The translations under genes and the position numbers were made by a program. 54,797 bases of DNA from a virus. Lineage: Duplodnaviria; Caudoviricetes. Below the pieces are notes generated by a model that saw nothing but the letters and a program-made list of their open reading frames with translations, ran no database searches and was not told the DNA's origin. The stretch lies in the IMG/VR virus record IMGVR_UViG_3300020599_000094, positions 1 through 54,797 of that record. One strand, given 5' to 3'. Shown here one piece after another: positions 38,449 to 46,290 of the stretch (positions are counted from its first letter, which is position 1; every line of letters begins with the position of its first letter).

Positions 38449-38858
38449 GCATCCCTCCCCAGGCTTGTGGCCGACCACTCAACGCCCCGTTGCGTCCCGA
38501 ACGCATGCGCCAATTCGATAAGCTCCGTCATCTGCCGGACCGTCATCTTGCTGGTGCGCTGGCCCAGCAGGACCATGCCGCCGTCAATACCCATCGCCAT
38601 CCGGGTCTCCCGGCGCAGGCCTGCCGTGAGAATGTCCTTCACCTCTTCGGGCGACACCTTGACCAGGGCGCCATTGACGACGAATTCCACTTGGCGGCTG
38701 ATGTCAGTAAGAATCGACCAAAGCATGTCGTTTTGCGCCAATGAGCGAGTGCGCGGCTTGATTTCGCAGCGGTATCCGTCGGGCGCGTTGGCAATCGCAT
38801 GGGCGGCATTTCGGCGCACGTTTGGGCTTATCAGCTGGAATACCTGGCGTTCCATCAC
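38445..38858 (-). CDS. ninB: NinB/Orf recombination protein
   Basis: RSLAQNDMLWSILTDISRQV...TSKMTVRQMTELIE. Confidence 0.88.
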   Translation of the reverse strand: MMERQVFQLISPNVRRNAAHAIANAPDGYRCEIKPRTRSLAQNDMLWSILTDISRQVEFVVNGALVKVSPEEVKDILTAGLRRETRMAMGIDGGMVLLGQRTSKMTVRQMTELIELAHAFGTQRGVEWSATSLGRDA

Positions 38859-39373
38859 TCCCCCTTCGCCGCCCGAAGCGCATTGCGCTCCATGCGGTGC
38901 AGAATGACGCGGGCATCACGCAGCAGCGGCACAAGCTTGTCGGCCTCGGCCTGGTTGATGGTGCCGTCAGCAACTGCTTCGGACGTCACGCCAGCGATCT
39001 GGCCAATGAGCATGCTGATGTCGAGGAACTTGGATTGCAGTGCCGCCGCCTCGCACTTCCAGCCACCGGCCGGCGCGGGCGGAACCGAATCCACATGCAG
39101 GCCCTCAGAGGCGCAAAGGGCTTGCATCCAGTCTCGGGCATAGGCGGAACCACCATCCTGCTCGTCCATCCACTCGGAGAGCATGCGCGCCATTTCGACG
39201 TCCATGGATTCGCCTTCGGCGCCGCGCAGCTTCTTGCGCAGGCGTTCCGGGTGAATCGTCGTCTCACGCCGTTCAGTCAGGAACGCAGCTGCGGCATTGA
39301 TCCCGCCCGGCGTCTTGCGCACGCAGTTGTATAGGACGTCGCGCCAATCAGTGTTGGTGTATCGACAAGTCAT
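38855..39373 (-). CDS. Phage regulatory CII-family protein
   Basis: PGGINAAA..L, LRKKL and AVADGTINQAEAD patterns; position after cro. Confidence 0.6.
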   Translation of the reverse strand: MTCRYTNTDWRDVLYNCVRKTPGGINAAAAFLTERRETTIHPERLRKKLRGAEGESMDVEMARMLSEWMDEQDGGSAYARDWMQALCASEGLHVDSVPPAPAGGWKCEAAALQSKFLDISMLIGQIAGVTSEAVADGTINQAEADKLVPLLRDARVILHRMERNALRAAKGE

Positions 39374-39672
39374 GCCGCTGAACCTCCTTCGATTTCAGCG
39401 TTCCGCAGTTGGTTGCCAGCGCGTACAGTCTCGCCATGGACAAAAACAACACTCGGAAAGTACGAATTCCCCCGCCCTTGCCGCCCGGGCACACTCTTGG
39501 GATGGACGAATTTGTGTGCGACGGCCTCTTTGAGCAGGCTGTGAATCTGGCCTATCGATCCTTTGCGGATCCGACCGACGACCACATCGAGGCGGTCTAC
39601 CATCGGCTGGTGCTTAATCACCAATGGGGAGCGGGAGACGCTGGGGCGGTGACGGTGCATTGAGCTAGGCAT
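39370..39672 (-). CDS. Hypothetical ORF coupled between cro and cII
   Basis: Overlaps the cro stop by 8 nt and the cII start (ATGA); antiparallel to 39436-39663. Confidence 0.35.
   Translation of the reverse strand: MPSSMHRHRPSVSRSPLVIKHQPMVDRLDVVVGRIRKGSIGQIHSLLKEAVAHKFVHPKSVPGRQGRGNSYFPSVVFVHGETVRAGNQLRNAEIEGGSAA
39436..39663 (+). CDS. Small hypothetical protein antisense to the early-right operon
   Basis: 75 aa; TACAGT -10-like hexamer 6 nt before ATG; stop abuts the cro stop. Confidence 0.5.
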   Translation: MDKNNTRKVRIPPPLPPGHTLGMDEFVCDGLFEQAVNLAYRSFADPTDDHIEAVYHRLVLNHQWGAGDAGAVTVH

Positions 39673-39904
39673 GAGCCCCTTCCTTGAGCTCAGGCCAGAT
39701 CTCCGACCACTCGGCCGGGTATAGATCCTTACGGGTCACCTCACCGCCAGATTCCTGCTCGATGCGGACGCTCAACTTTTCGCCGGCCTTTCTATACCCA
39801 TAAGCCACGTTGCGCATGTGTGCGAAAGTGGTTCCACATCGGGCAGCGAAGGCTTCGCGCTGGTCTGCCGGTAAGCCAAAAAGGAATGATTTGAGTTTTT
39901 CCAT
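39665..39904 (-). CDS. cro: Cro-like (YdaS-type) HTH regulator
   Basis: FAARCGTT...IEQESGGEVTRKDLYP..W..IWPEL; divergent from cI. Confidence 0.88.
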   Translation of the reverse strand: MEKLKSFLFGLPADQREAFAARCGTTFAHMRNVAYGYRKAGEKLSVRIEQESGGEVTRKDLYPAEWSEIWPELKEGAHA

Positions 39905-39910
39905 GACGCC

Positions 39911-39982
39911 ACTCTACACCGTTTGGTGAAGTCACGCAACACCGTTTAGGGAATACACCAATTGGTGATTACGTGCTGTAAT
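39911..39982. promoter_or_regulatory. OR region: three operators, PR (-) and PRM (+)
   Basis: ACACCGTTTGGTGA 39916-29, ACACCGTTTAGGGA 39939-52, ACACCAATTGGTGA 39955-68. PR is TTGCGT-N17-TAGAGT on the minus strand; PRM is an extended -10 TGcTGTAAT. Confidence 0.85.
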
Positions 39983-39988
39983 TCGCTC

Positions 39989-40699
39989 ATGAAAGATGTC
40001 GTATCTGTCCGCCGCGAAAACCTCAGGGCGCTAGTCGAGCAATTCGGGCTCACCAGCACCGGAAAACGCATGAAGCGCTCCGTCACCCAGATAAACGACA
40101 TGCTCGCGGGCAGAAAATCGTTCGGCGAAAAAGTCGCTCGAGCCATGGAGAAGGAGTGGGACGCGACATTGCCGCCTGGCTGGCTCGACAGTGAGAAATC
40201 CGCAACAGACGGAGGGGATATGAAAAGCAGCAATGTGGTCGCGCTAAAGCAAAAGCCAGTGCCCGACATCGTTCTGGAGCAGTTCGACGCTGGCGGCTCA
40301 ATGGGGCACGGCTTAGAACTCCGAGATCAGCCTGGCGTAATCCAGAGCTGGCGGGTAAACCCGGAGTGGCTGGAGCGCAACGTTCGAGCCCACACGAGCG
40401 CGAAGAATCTATGCATCGTGACAGGCTTCGGCGACTCAATGCAGCCGCTATTCAATCCTGGCGATCCGCTGCTAGTCGACACGGGCGTCGCGTCGGTCGA
40501 TTTCGATTCAATCTATTTCTTCCGAATCGACAATGACGGCTACGTCAAGAGGCTGCAAAGAATTCCGACGGAAGAGGGGCTGGTTATTCGAGCCATCTCC
40601 GAGAACCGAGACGCCTATCAAGCTTTCGACATCACCTCAAGAATGGACTTTCAAGTATTAGGTCGAGTCTTGAAGGTGTGGCGAAGCCAAGACTTCTAA
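39989..40699 (+). CDS. cI: CI-like repressor with S24 autopeptidase domain
   Basis: N-terminal HTH, AG/GG cleavage region, GDSMQP (Ser) and VKRL (Lys). Confidence 0.93.
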   Translation: MKDVVSVRRENLRALVEQFGLTSTGKRMKRSVTQINDMLAGRKSFGEKVARAMEKEWDATLPPGWLDSEKSATDGGDMKSSNVVALKQKPVPDIVLEQFDAGGSMGHGLELRDQPGVIQSWRVNPEWLERNVRAHTSAKNLCIVTGFGDSMQPLFNPGDPLLVDTGVASVDFDSIYFFRIDNDGYVKRLQRIPTEEGLVIRAISENRDAYQAFDITSRMDFQVLGRVLKVWRSQDF

Positions 40700-40746
40700 T
40701 TTTTTTCGCGCCAGTGATAAAGTTTGGTTCGATGTGAGCATAAATC

Positions 40747-41118
40747 TTGAAGGCAAATCTCGACACTCCACTTGATGAAAATTTGCAGACAGCGCAATTA
40801 GCCACCGTCGGCGATCTGGTGCATCGGCTCAGTGATCTATCAATAAGCATCGCGGCGTCCAAGAGAAATAATGAAAAACTTCTCCTGCAAATGGATGAAA
40901 TGCTGGACGCCTTCAAAGATCAGGCGTCTACACGAAAAAGATACAGTGATGCCTATGTGCACCTCGTGGACAGGGTTGTCCACTTAGCCAACCAATTGCT
41001 TCAGCTTAGCTCTGCAGGTGAGTCTGTGCCGAGCGAAGAAATTACGCAACACGTTAAGGGGATAGTCCGTAGCCTCAAAGAATCGAACCAAATAGTGAGC
41101 GGGGAATCCCATGAATAA
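40747..41118 (+). CDS. Hypothetical helical protein downstream of cI
   Basis: AT-richer ORF with uncertain start; overlaps the next gene by 8 nt. Confidence 0.5.
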   Translation: MKANLDTPLDENLQTAQLATVGDLVHRLSDLSISIAASKRNNEKLLLQMDEMLDAFKDQASTRKRYSDAYVHLVDRVVHLANQLLQLSSAGESVPSEEITQHVKGIVRSLKESNQIVSGESHE

Positions 41119-41569
41119 GGATATTGAGGAGACCCGGCGCTATCTCGAAAGCGCTTTGAGTGAGGCTCGATTAACCGAAGAGCTATTTGATGCGTCCCAA
41201 ATTTCAAAGCATAATATTCCAATGACGGACACAATCTCCCGCCCAGAACTGGATGCTAAGCTTGAAACCATCGGAGCGAAGATGGATGGACGACTAGCGC
41301 GTATTGAAGACAGATTCACTGGCCTGGAACGCCGCTTCGATAAGCTTGAAACCATGCTAGACAAGCAAAAGTACACTGCGTGGGCCGCGGCCGGCGCTAC
41401 CATAGTTGCCGTATCAGGTATTGTGTTTGCTGCTTATGCAATGGGATTCGGAGCATTCGACTCTGGCCGTGAAACGGCCAAATTAGCAGCAGACGCCCAG
41501 CATCAAACCAGCGCTGCCCTCACAGAGATTCGCCAGATAGTAGAAAGCCTGAAAGTGCCTCCCAGATAG
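41111..41569 (+). CDS. Coiled-coil, single-TM protein downstream of cI
   Basis: ISRPELDAKLE coiled coil then a hydrophobic helix; alternative start at 41222. Confidence 0.65.
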   Translation: MNKDIEETRRYLESALSEARLTEELFDASQISKHNIPMTDTISRPELDAKLETIGAKMDGRLARIEDRFTGLERRFDKLETMLDKQKYTAWAAAGATIVAVSGIVFAAYAMGFGAFDSGRETAKLAADAQHQTSAALTEIRQIVESLKVPPR

Positions 41570-41587
41570 CCAGGCCCATAACCTCGC

Positions 41588-41612
41588 AACCCGCCCAGGC
41601 GGGTTTTCTTTT
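41588..41612 (+). terminator. Immunity operon terminator
   Basis: AACCCGC-CCAG-GCGGGTT-TTCTTTT. Confidence 0.8.
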
Positions 41613-41683
41613 GTCCGTCGTTCCCTTCTTCTGCTTTAGCCCGCTTGTTCTACGTAGGGTTTTCACCAGCTAGCGAAAAATAT

Positions 41684-41725
41684 TCACCATTTGGTGTTGA
41701 CAGAACATTCACCGTTTGGTGTAAT
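41684..41725 (+). promoter_or_regulatory. PL promoter with OL operators
   Basis: TTGACA(41697)-N17-TGTAAT; operators TCACCATTTGGTGT 41684-97 and TCACCGTTTGGTGT 41709-22 match the OR sites. Confidence 0.88.
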
Positions 41726-41754
41726 ACACCTAAGCAGCACAGAACACCCTTAGG

Positions 41755-42057
41755 CAAAGCCACGGTGAAAGCGCTGCCAGCAGTACCCCCGCTTAGGCGG
41801 ATTGCAGTGAAACGTAGGCGGACAACCAGCCGCTGAGCAACACGACATTGGGCAGGTCGATAAATGCCAATGCACCCACCCGGGGTGGATAAACGTAGCG
41901 GGGAGCCGAGGAGGCCCGGAAGTTTCGGACAAGACGGCAGGCGGGATATCTAACCAGACCGCTGCAGGTATGGGCAAAGCCATGCCAGGAGCCACGAACC
42001 GGCATTGACCGGGTACAGCGTGGCGTTATCCGAAATCAGCTTGGATGCAGGCTGATT
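41755..42057 (+). ncRNA. Putative structured PL leader RNA
   Basis: No convincing ORF; nested long-range stems found by eye. Confidence 0.45.
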
Positions 42058-42079
42058 CCTGATGACAAAGGAGATAGAT

Positions 42080-42277
42080 ATGGAAAAGGAATGCGCGCCA
42101 CGCACCCACGACTACGAATTTCTAGGGAACAAAGTTTTCAAGACCGTCACGTCGGGCCCGGCGGGCGGAACAATGAAGGTCAGCGTCAATGCCGTCTACA
42201 AGTGTCGCAAGTGCAGCAAGACCCGACGCGGCCCCGGCAATGCAAATGCGCCGTGGCCTGATTTGCGGGTCGCTTGA
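42080..42277 (+). CDS. Small Zn-ribbon protein
   Basis: AAGGAG RBS; C..H and YKCRKC. Confidence 0.65.
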   Translation: MEKECAPRTHDYEFLGNKVFKTVTSGPAGGTMKVSVNAVYKCRKCSKTRRGPGNANAPWPDLRVA

Positions 42278-42364
42278 CAGCCCTTAATCCCCCTCTTACA
42301 CACGCGAGACCCCAACCCCATCGCCGCTGACACTCAGCGCTGCGATTTTCATGTGAGGACAACC

Positions 42365-42607
42365 ATGGATATTCAAGTCGGGCGCACTTACCGCGCCAAG
42401 AGGCCTCGAAACAGCGGCGGACTGGTCAATGACCGCACAGTTCTATGGGTGGACTCGTTCGGAATGATCGTTCAATACTACGGCCCGAGCGAGGCACACG
42501 GACGCCGCTATCCCAAAGTCAGTCGAGACGAATTCGAGAAATGGGCTGATCGCGACGTTACTGATGAACTGCCGAGCGGCGAGTATGCCAACTGGCCGGT
42601 CAAGTGA
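42365..42607 (+). CDS. Hypothetical protein
   Basis: GAGG RBS; 80 aa. Confidence 0.65.
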   Translation: MDIQVGRTYRAKRPRNSGGLVNDRTVLWVDSFGMIVQYYGPSEAHGRRYPKVSRDEFEKWADRDVTDELPSGEYANWPVK

Positions 42608-42633
42608 CTGCGCCAGTTGACAAGGAGAACAAG

Positions 42634-42876
42634 ATGGAACACAACGACGGCGGCCCGGCATTCCCCTGGGGCGAGCACGGCCAGATATTAGGCGGCATGT
42701 CCCTGCGTGACTACTTCGCAGCGAAGGCGATGCCGACCTTTATCGACTTGTGCGCTCCGGAAATTTGGAATCAGGCAAACGCTTACGGCGCCAAAATTGA
42801 CAACACACTGATGGCAGTGAAGGCGGCGTACTGCGTAGCTGACGCCATGCTCAAGGTCCGAGGAACCCAACCATGA
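42634..42876 (+). CDS. Conserved phage protein (GGPAFP...GMSLRDYFAAKAM family)
   Basis: Recognisable motif ending AY.VADAML. Confidence 0.8.
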   Translation: MEHNDGGPAFPWGEHGQILGGMSLRDYFAAKAMPTFIDLCAPEIWNQANAYGAKIDNTLMAVKAAYCVADAMLKVRGTQP

Positions 42877-43193
42877 CCACTGAAACCATACTGACGCCCG
42901 CGCAAATAGAAGAGCTGTCTGCGAAGCACCTTTGGGCGCATGCACAATTCGTGGGCGCCGGGGATGTGCATATCGAGGGCGACGAGGCTTTCGCTCGCGC
43001 CATCGAGCAAGCCGTCCTGCAATCTCCTGAGATACAAGCGCTACGCAACATGCTTTACGAGGCCCGGTGCCAGCTTCCCTTGGCGGCGCAGTTCTGGAAT
43101 GAAGACGATGACCAAGATCGCTCCAGGCGGAACGTGCAGCATGTCATGGGCCTGATCAAACGAATCGACTCCGCACTGGAGAAACAGCCATGA
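42873..43193 (+). CDS. Hypothetical protein
   Basis: ATGA coupling; FARAIEQAVL motif. Confidence 0.65.
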   Translation: MTTETILTPAQIEELSAKHLWAHAQFVGAGDVHIEGDEAFARAIEQAVLQSPEIQALRNMLYEARCQLPLAAQFWNEDDDQDRSRRNVQHVMGLIKRIDSALEKQP

Positions 43194-43348
43194 GCACCAC
43201 ACAAGCAATCTCGGTTTTTCTGGCTTACCCGCTCTATCTAATATTTTTGGTTAGCGCCATCTATATGGCATTCAAGGACAGGTACAGCGAAGGGTCTTTC
43301 TTCATGTTGTTCGCTGTCATGCTTTTTTTAATCGTGAGGTTGCCATGA
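43190..43348 (+). CDS. 52-aa two-TM membrane protein (not in ORF track)
   Basis: MSTTQAISVFLAYPLYLIFLVSAIYMAFKDRYSEGSFFMLFAVMLFLIVRLP; ATGA overlaps at both ends. Confidence 0.7.
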   Translation: MSTTQAISVFLAYPLYLIFLVSAIYMAFKDRYSEGSFFMLFAVMLFLIVRLP

Positions 43349-43662
43349 GCAAGGCAACGATGCCCTCCCCTTCCGCCTATCTCTACACCACCCCAAGCGG
43401 CGCCCGAGTAGTAGACCTAAAGCGCGTCGACCTCGATACACCGGGCCTGGCGATATCGGAGCTCATCACCACCACCCAAGCCGAAGCCTACGCTGATGCG
43501 GTGCGGCGCGAAGCCCTGGAGGAAGCTGCCCAAGCATGTGAGGCTCGCATTGGCACAGGCTGCCCGGGCATCGGCACCGAAGAGTACGACCAAGAGGCGC
43601 AAGAGTGCGCACAAGCCATCCGCGCTCTAATCCCACCCACCAAAAACGAGGCCGAAGAATGA
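43345..43662 (+). CDS. Hypothetical protein
   Basis: REALEEAAQACE...CAQAIRAL phage motif. Confidence 0.7.
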   Translation: MSKATMPSPSAYLYTTPSGARVVDLKRVDLDTPGLAISELITTTQAEAYADAVRREALEEAAQACEARIGTGCPGIGTEEYDQEAQECAQAIRALIPPTKNEAEE

Positions 43663-43982
43663 GCTTCTACGAATGCAAGAAATGCGGCGCCATACCCGGC
43701 GTGACGGCTTGTTGCGCAGATAAGCCCAGGGAAGTACAGCAGTGGATCAGCGTTGAGGATCGTCTGCCCGAGAAAGTCTCTAACAATTGGCCTCAGGTGC
43801 TGGCGTTTTGGCATACAAGCGATCCAGATTATGAGCCGGGAGGAATGGACGCAAGCTGGTTCGATGGTCGTCATTGGCAGGCATCCAACGGCGAGATGGA
43901 CTACCACGGCAGCCGCCGCGTGACGCACTGGATGCCCCTACCCGCCCCACCCATTCCCGGCCCGGCCAGCCAAACCAAATAG
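43659..43982 (+). CDS. DUF551 family protein
   Basis: WISVEDRLP...VTHWMPLPAPP. Confidence 0.85.
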   Translation: MSFYECKKCGAIPGVTACCADKPREVQQWISVEDRLPEKVSNNWPQVLAFWHTSDPDYEPGGMDASWFDGRHWQASNGEMDYHGSRRVTHWMPLPAPPIPGPASQTK

Positions 43983-44925
43983 AACAATTTTGCAGCACGT
44001 CCGCCCACGTTACGGGTCTATGTCGGCGTCACCCCTCCCGCCAGAAAGCAGGGGCCAGCAACCAAGGAGAAAGCCATGCTCACCGATGCATCGTAGCGGC
44101 GTAATCCGCTGAATCCCTGAGCATACGGGCGCAGAAAGCCGGGCGACATCGGCATGGGTTCAGACTTGCCCGACGGTTGGGGAGTACCCACCCCCGCTAA
44201 CCGGAAGACGGCACACATAGACTAAGGAACGCGAGCCTGGGGCAAACAACCCACGCGCACAGGCCCATGCCGGACATGGTTAAAGCCGGACTCCCCTGCT
44301 CTCGGGTCGGTTCCGAGAGTAGGGCCATCAAGTATCCACATTGTGCCGCCCGCCTAGCCGTTCCGGGAGGTAAGAGCGAAGGCTGAACCGCAAGGGGAAA
44401 ATTTCGCCGCCAGTGTGGATTCTTGATGGCGGGCAGTACGCGCAGGCGATGCGCAGACCGGTAGACGGGTGACCCGCACCCGAAAGCCGCGAGCATGACG
44501 ACGTGGTGATCATGCAAGCCGGGATCGCATCCGGCGCCATCACTTCCGCCCTGGCGAAGAGAAAGGCCAGGACCATCATCGAAGCGGCGGGCAAGGCACG
44601 CGGTCTTGTGCGGTTGAGCGAACCGAGGGGCATGGATGCTACCCGGCGATAGCGGCCCTCGGCTGGTAACCAATCCAGCCCGCTTCGATGATGGTAAACG
44701 GCACAACAGTCAACAGCCATACGCCAGCATGTTTTGCCGTTCATGCTGAGGCTCAATCGAAGCGGATGATGGCGCGGGTTGGCGTGATTCACCGCCCGCC
44801 GTAAGTACGCAACGGGATTGAATCCGTTGGGGCCAGTGCAGCTTCGCGTATGCCTCCACGATACGGGGCACCCCATTCCCAGGCCCGCGCATTCGCCGCG
44901 GCCCTCTTCCTCTTTGGAGGCTCCC
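43983..44925 (+). ncRNA. Cluster of putative structured non-coding RNAs, including tRNA-shaped units
   Basis: About 940 nt gap in an otherwise tightly coupled operon; 20-bp and 16-bp inverted repeats; repeated T-arm-like hairpins. Confidence 0.55.
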
Positions 44926-45222
44926 ATGTTGATAGAACAAGAATCCCGCCTCAATGGCGCGGGCTGGATGCCTACGCGCCCATCTACCACCGAAGAAGTC
45001 ATGCGCGTACTTGAGGGCACGGCCGTTGAAGATGGCGCCCACCGAAACGCTTGCCAGTGGTCGCTGATCCTTTTTGATTATCCCGACTTCGTCGCTGACA
45101 TGCCGATCGACGCAAAGCGCCAACTATTCGAGCTGATCGCCAACAACAAGGGCACTCGATACGAGGCGATCCGCAACTACGTCGTGGATGCGATCGATGC
45201 CATCTTGGAGGAAGACTTATGA
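44926..45222 (+). CDS. Hypothetical acidic protein
   Basis: GGAGG RBS; 98 aa. Confidence 0.65.
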   Translation: MLIEQESRLNGAGWMPTRPSTTEEVMRVLEGTAVEDGAHRNACQWSLILFDYPDFVADMPIDAKRQLFELIANNKGTRYEAIRNYVVDAIDAILEEDL

Positions 45223-45368
45223 AGCGGATCTGGCACCGCATCAGCCTCGAATGCTACCGGCAACCGGGTGATACACAGAAAGCCCCCTGGTACGTGTACC
45301 CGTTGACCGTAATTTTCATAGTCGGCGTTTATTCGTTTGTCCAGATGGCGGATGCCACTGGATTCTAA
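45219..45368 (+). CDS. 49-aa single-TM protein (not in ORF track)
   Basis: MKRIWHRISLECYRQPGDTQKAPWYVYPLTVIFIVGVYSFVQMADATGF; GGAGG RBS, ATGA overlap. Confidence 0.6.
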   Translation: MKRIWHRISLECYRQPGDTQKAPWYVYPLTVIFIVGVYSFVQMADATGF

Positions 45369-45378
45369 GGAAAAGGAC

Positions 45379-46290
45379 ATGAGCAACTCAATCGACACCA
45401 TTAGCAACTATGTCTACGGCGCCGAGGATGCTTTTTCATCCGTGCTGGTTGACCGGTCGCTGAACTTTGAGCGCGAGGCGGGATTTGCCATCCAAACGCT
45501 CACGGCCAATGACTATGCAATGGGCTTGGCCGTCAAGAACAAGCAGTCTGTCATCAATGCCGTGACTAACATCGCGGCCATCGGCATCAGCCTGAACCCG
45601 GCCAAGCGTCAAGCCTATCTTGTGCCGCGTGACGGCAAGATTTGCCTGGATATCAGCTACATGGGGCTGATGGACTTGGCCATGTCCACCGGTTCCATCT
45701 TGTGGGCGCAGGCCGAACTTGTGTATGAGCAGGACGGGTTTGCCCTAAATGGCTTCGATAAGCCGCCCACCCACCAATACAACCCATTCTCAAAGGATCG
45801 TGGGGCCATTGTTGGTGTGTATGTCGTGGTGAAAACGCCCGATGGAGACTACCTGACCGACTGCATGAGCAGGGACGAAGTAGATGCCATTATGAACCGG
45901 TCGCAGTCGGTGAAATCCGGGAAATCTTCGCCCTGGAAAACCGACTACGGCGAAATGGCAAAAAAGACTGTGGTCAAACGAGCCTACAAGTATTGGCCCA
46001 AGACCGACAGGCTCGACAAGGCCATCCATCATCTGAATACGGACGCTGGCGAAGGCCTTGCGCAGCATACAGAGAAGCCAGTGGACTACATCGACCCGAC
46101 CCCGATCATAGAAGGGCTTCGCGCAACCAAGACCGTCGAGGAAATGAAAGCGTATTGGGCCAATAAGAACGGCATGCTGGCCAACCAGCCCAAGGATCAT
46201 CAGGCGCTCAAGGATGCGTATCTGGCCCATTTGAAGCGACTCAAGGCCGCTGACGAACCAGCGCAGGAGCCGCAGACGGAGGAAGCATGA
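45379..46290 (+). CDS. recT: RecT-family single-strand annealing protein
   Basis: GISLNP...AYLVPR...ISYMGL, SPWKTDYGEMAKKTVVKRAYKYWP. Confidence 0.92.
   Translation: MSNSIDTISNYVYGAEDAFSSVLVDRSLNFEREAGFAIQTLTANDYAMGLAVKNKQSVINAVTNIAAIGISLNPAKRQAYLVPRDGKICLDISYMGLMDLAMSTGSILWAQAELVYEQDGFALNGFDKPPTHQYNPFSKDRGAIVGVYVVVKTPDGDYLTDCMSRDEVDAIMNRSQSVKSGKSSPWKTDYGEMAKKTVVKRAYKYWPKTDRLDKAIHHLNTDAGEGLAQHTEKPVDYIDPTPIIEGLRATKTVEEMKAYWANKNGMLANQPKDHQALKDAYLAHLKRLKAADEPAQEPQTEEA

Noticed and set aside
41752-41800. c-di-GMP-I riboswitch-like GGCAAA...GAAA
   Set aside because: Lacks the GACGCAAA and P3 elements
41870-41895. Solitary CRISPR-repeat mimic (CACCC...GGGTGGATAAAC)
   Set aside because: Only partial resemblance to I-C/I-E repeats; no array or cas genes in the window
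42031-42066. Hammerhead-like GAAA-stem...CTGATGA
   Set aside because: No room for stem I between the putative cleavage triplet and CTGATGA, and no stem II
44424-44542. Canonical tRNA or tRNA pseudogene
   Set aside because: No TTCRA loop, no GG D-loop in the canonical position, no 7-nt anticodon loop and no CCA; kept only as a tRNA-shaped candidate
44197-45123. Minus-strand ORFs (137-230 aa) across the structured region
   Set aside because: They overlap one another, lack an RBS or protein-like composition and oppose the operon; coding is not fully excluded without Ribo-seq
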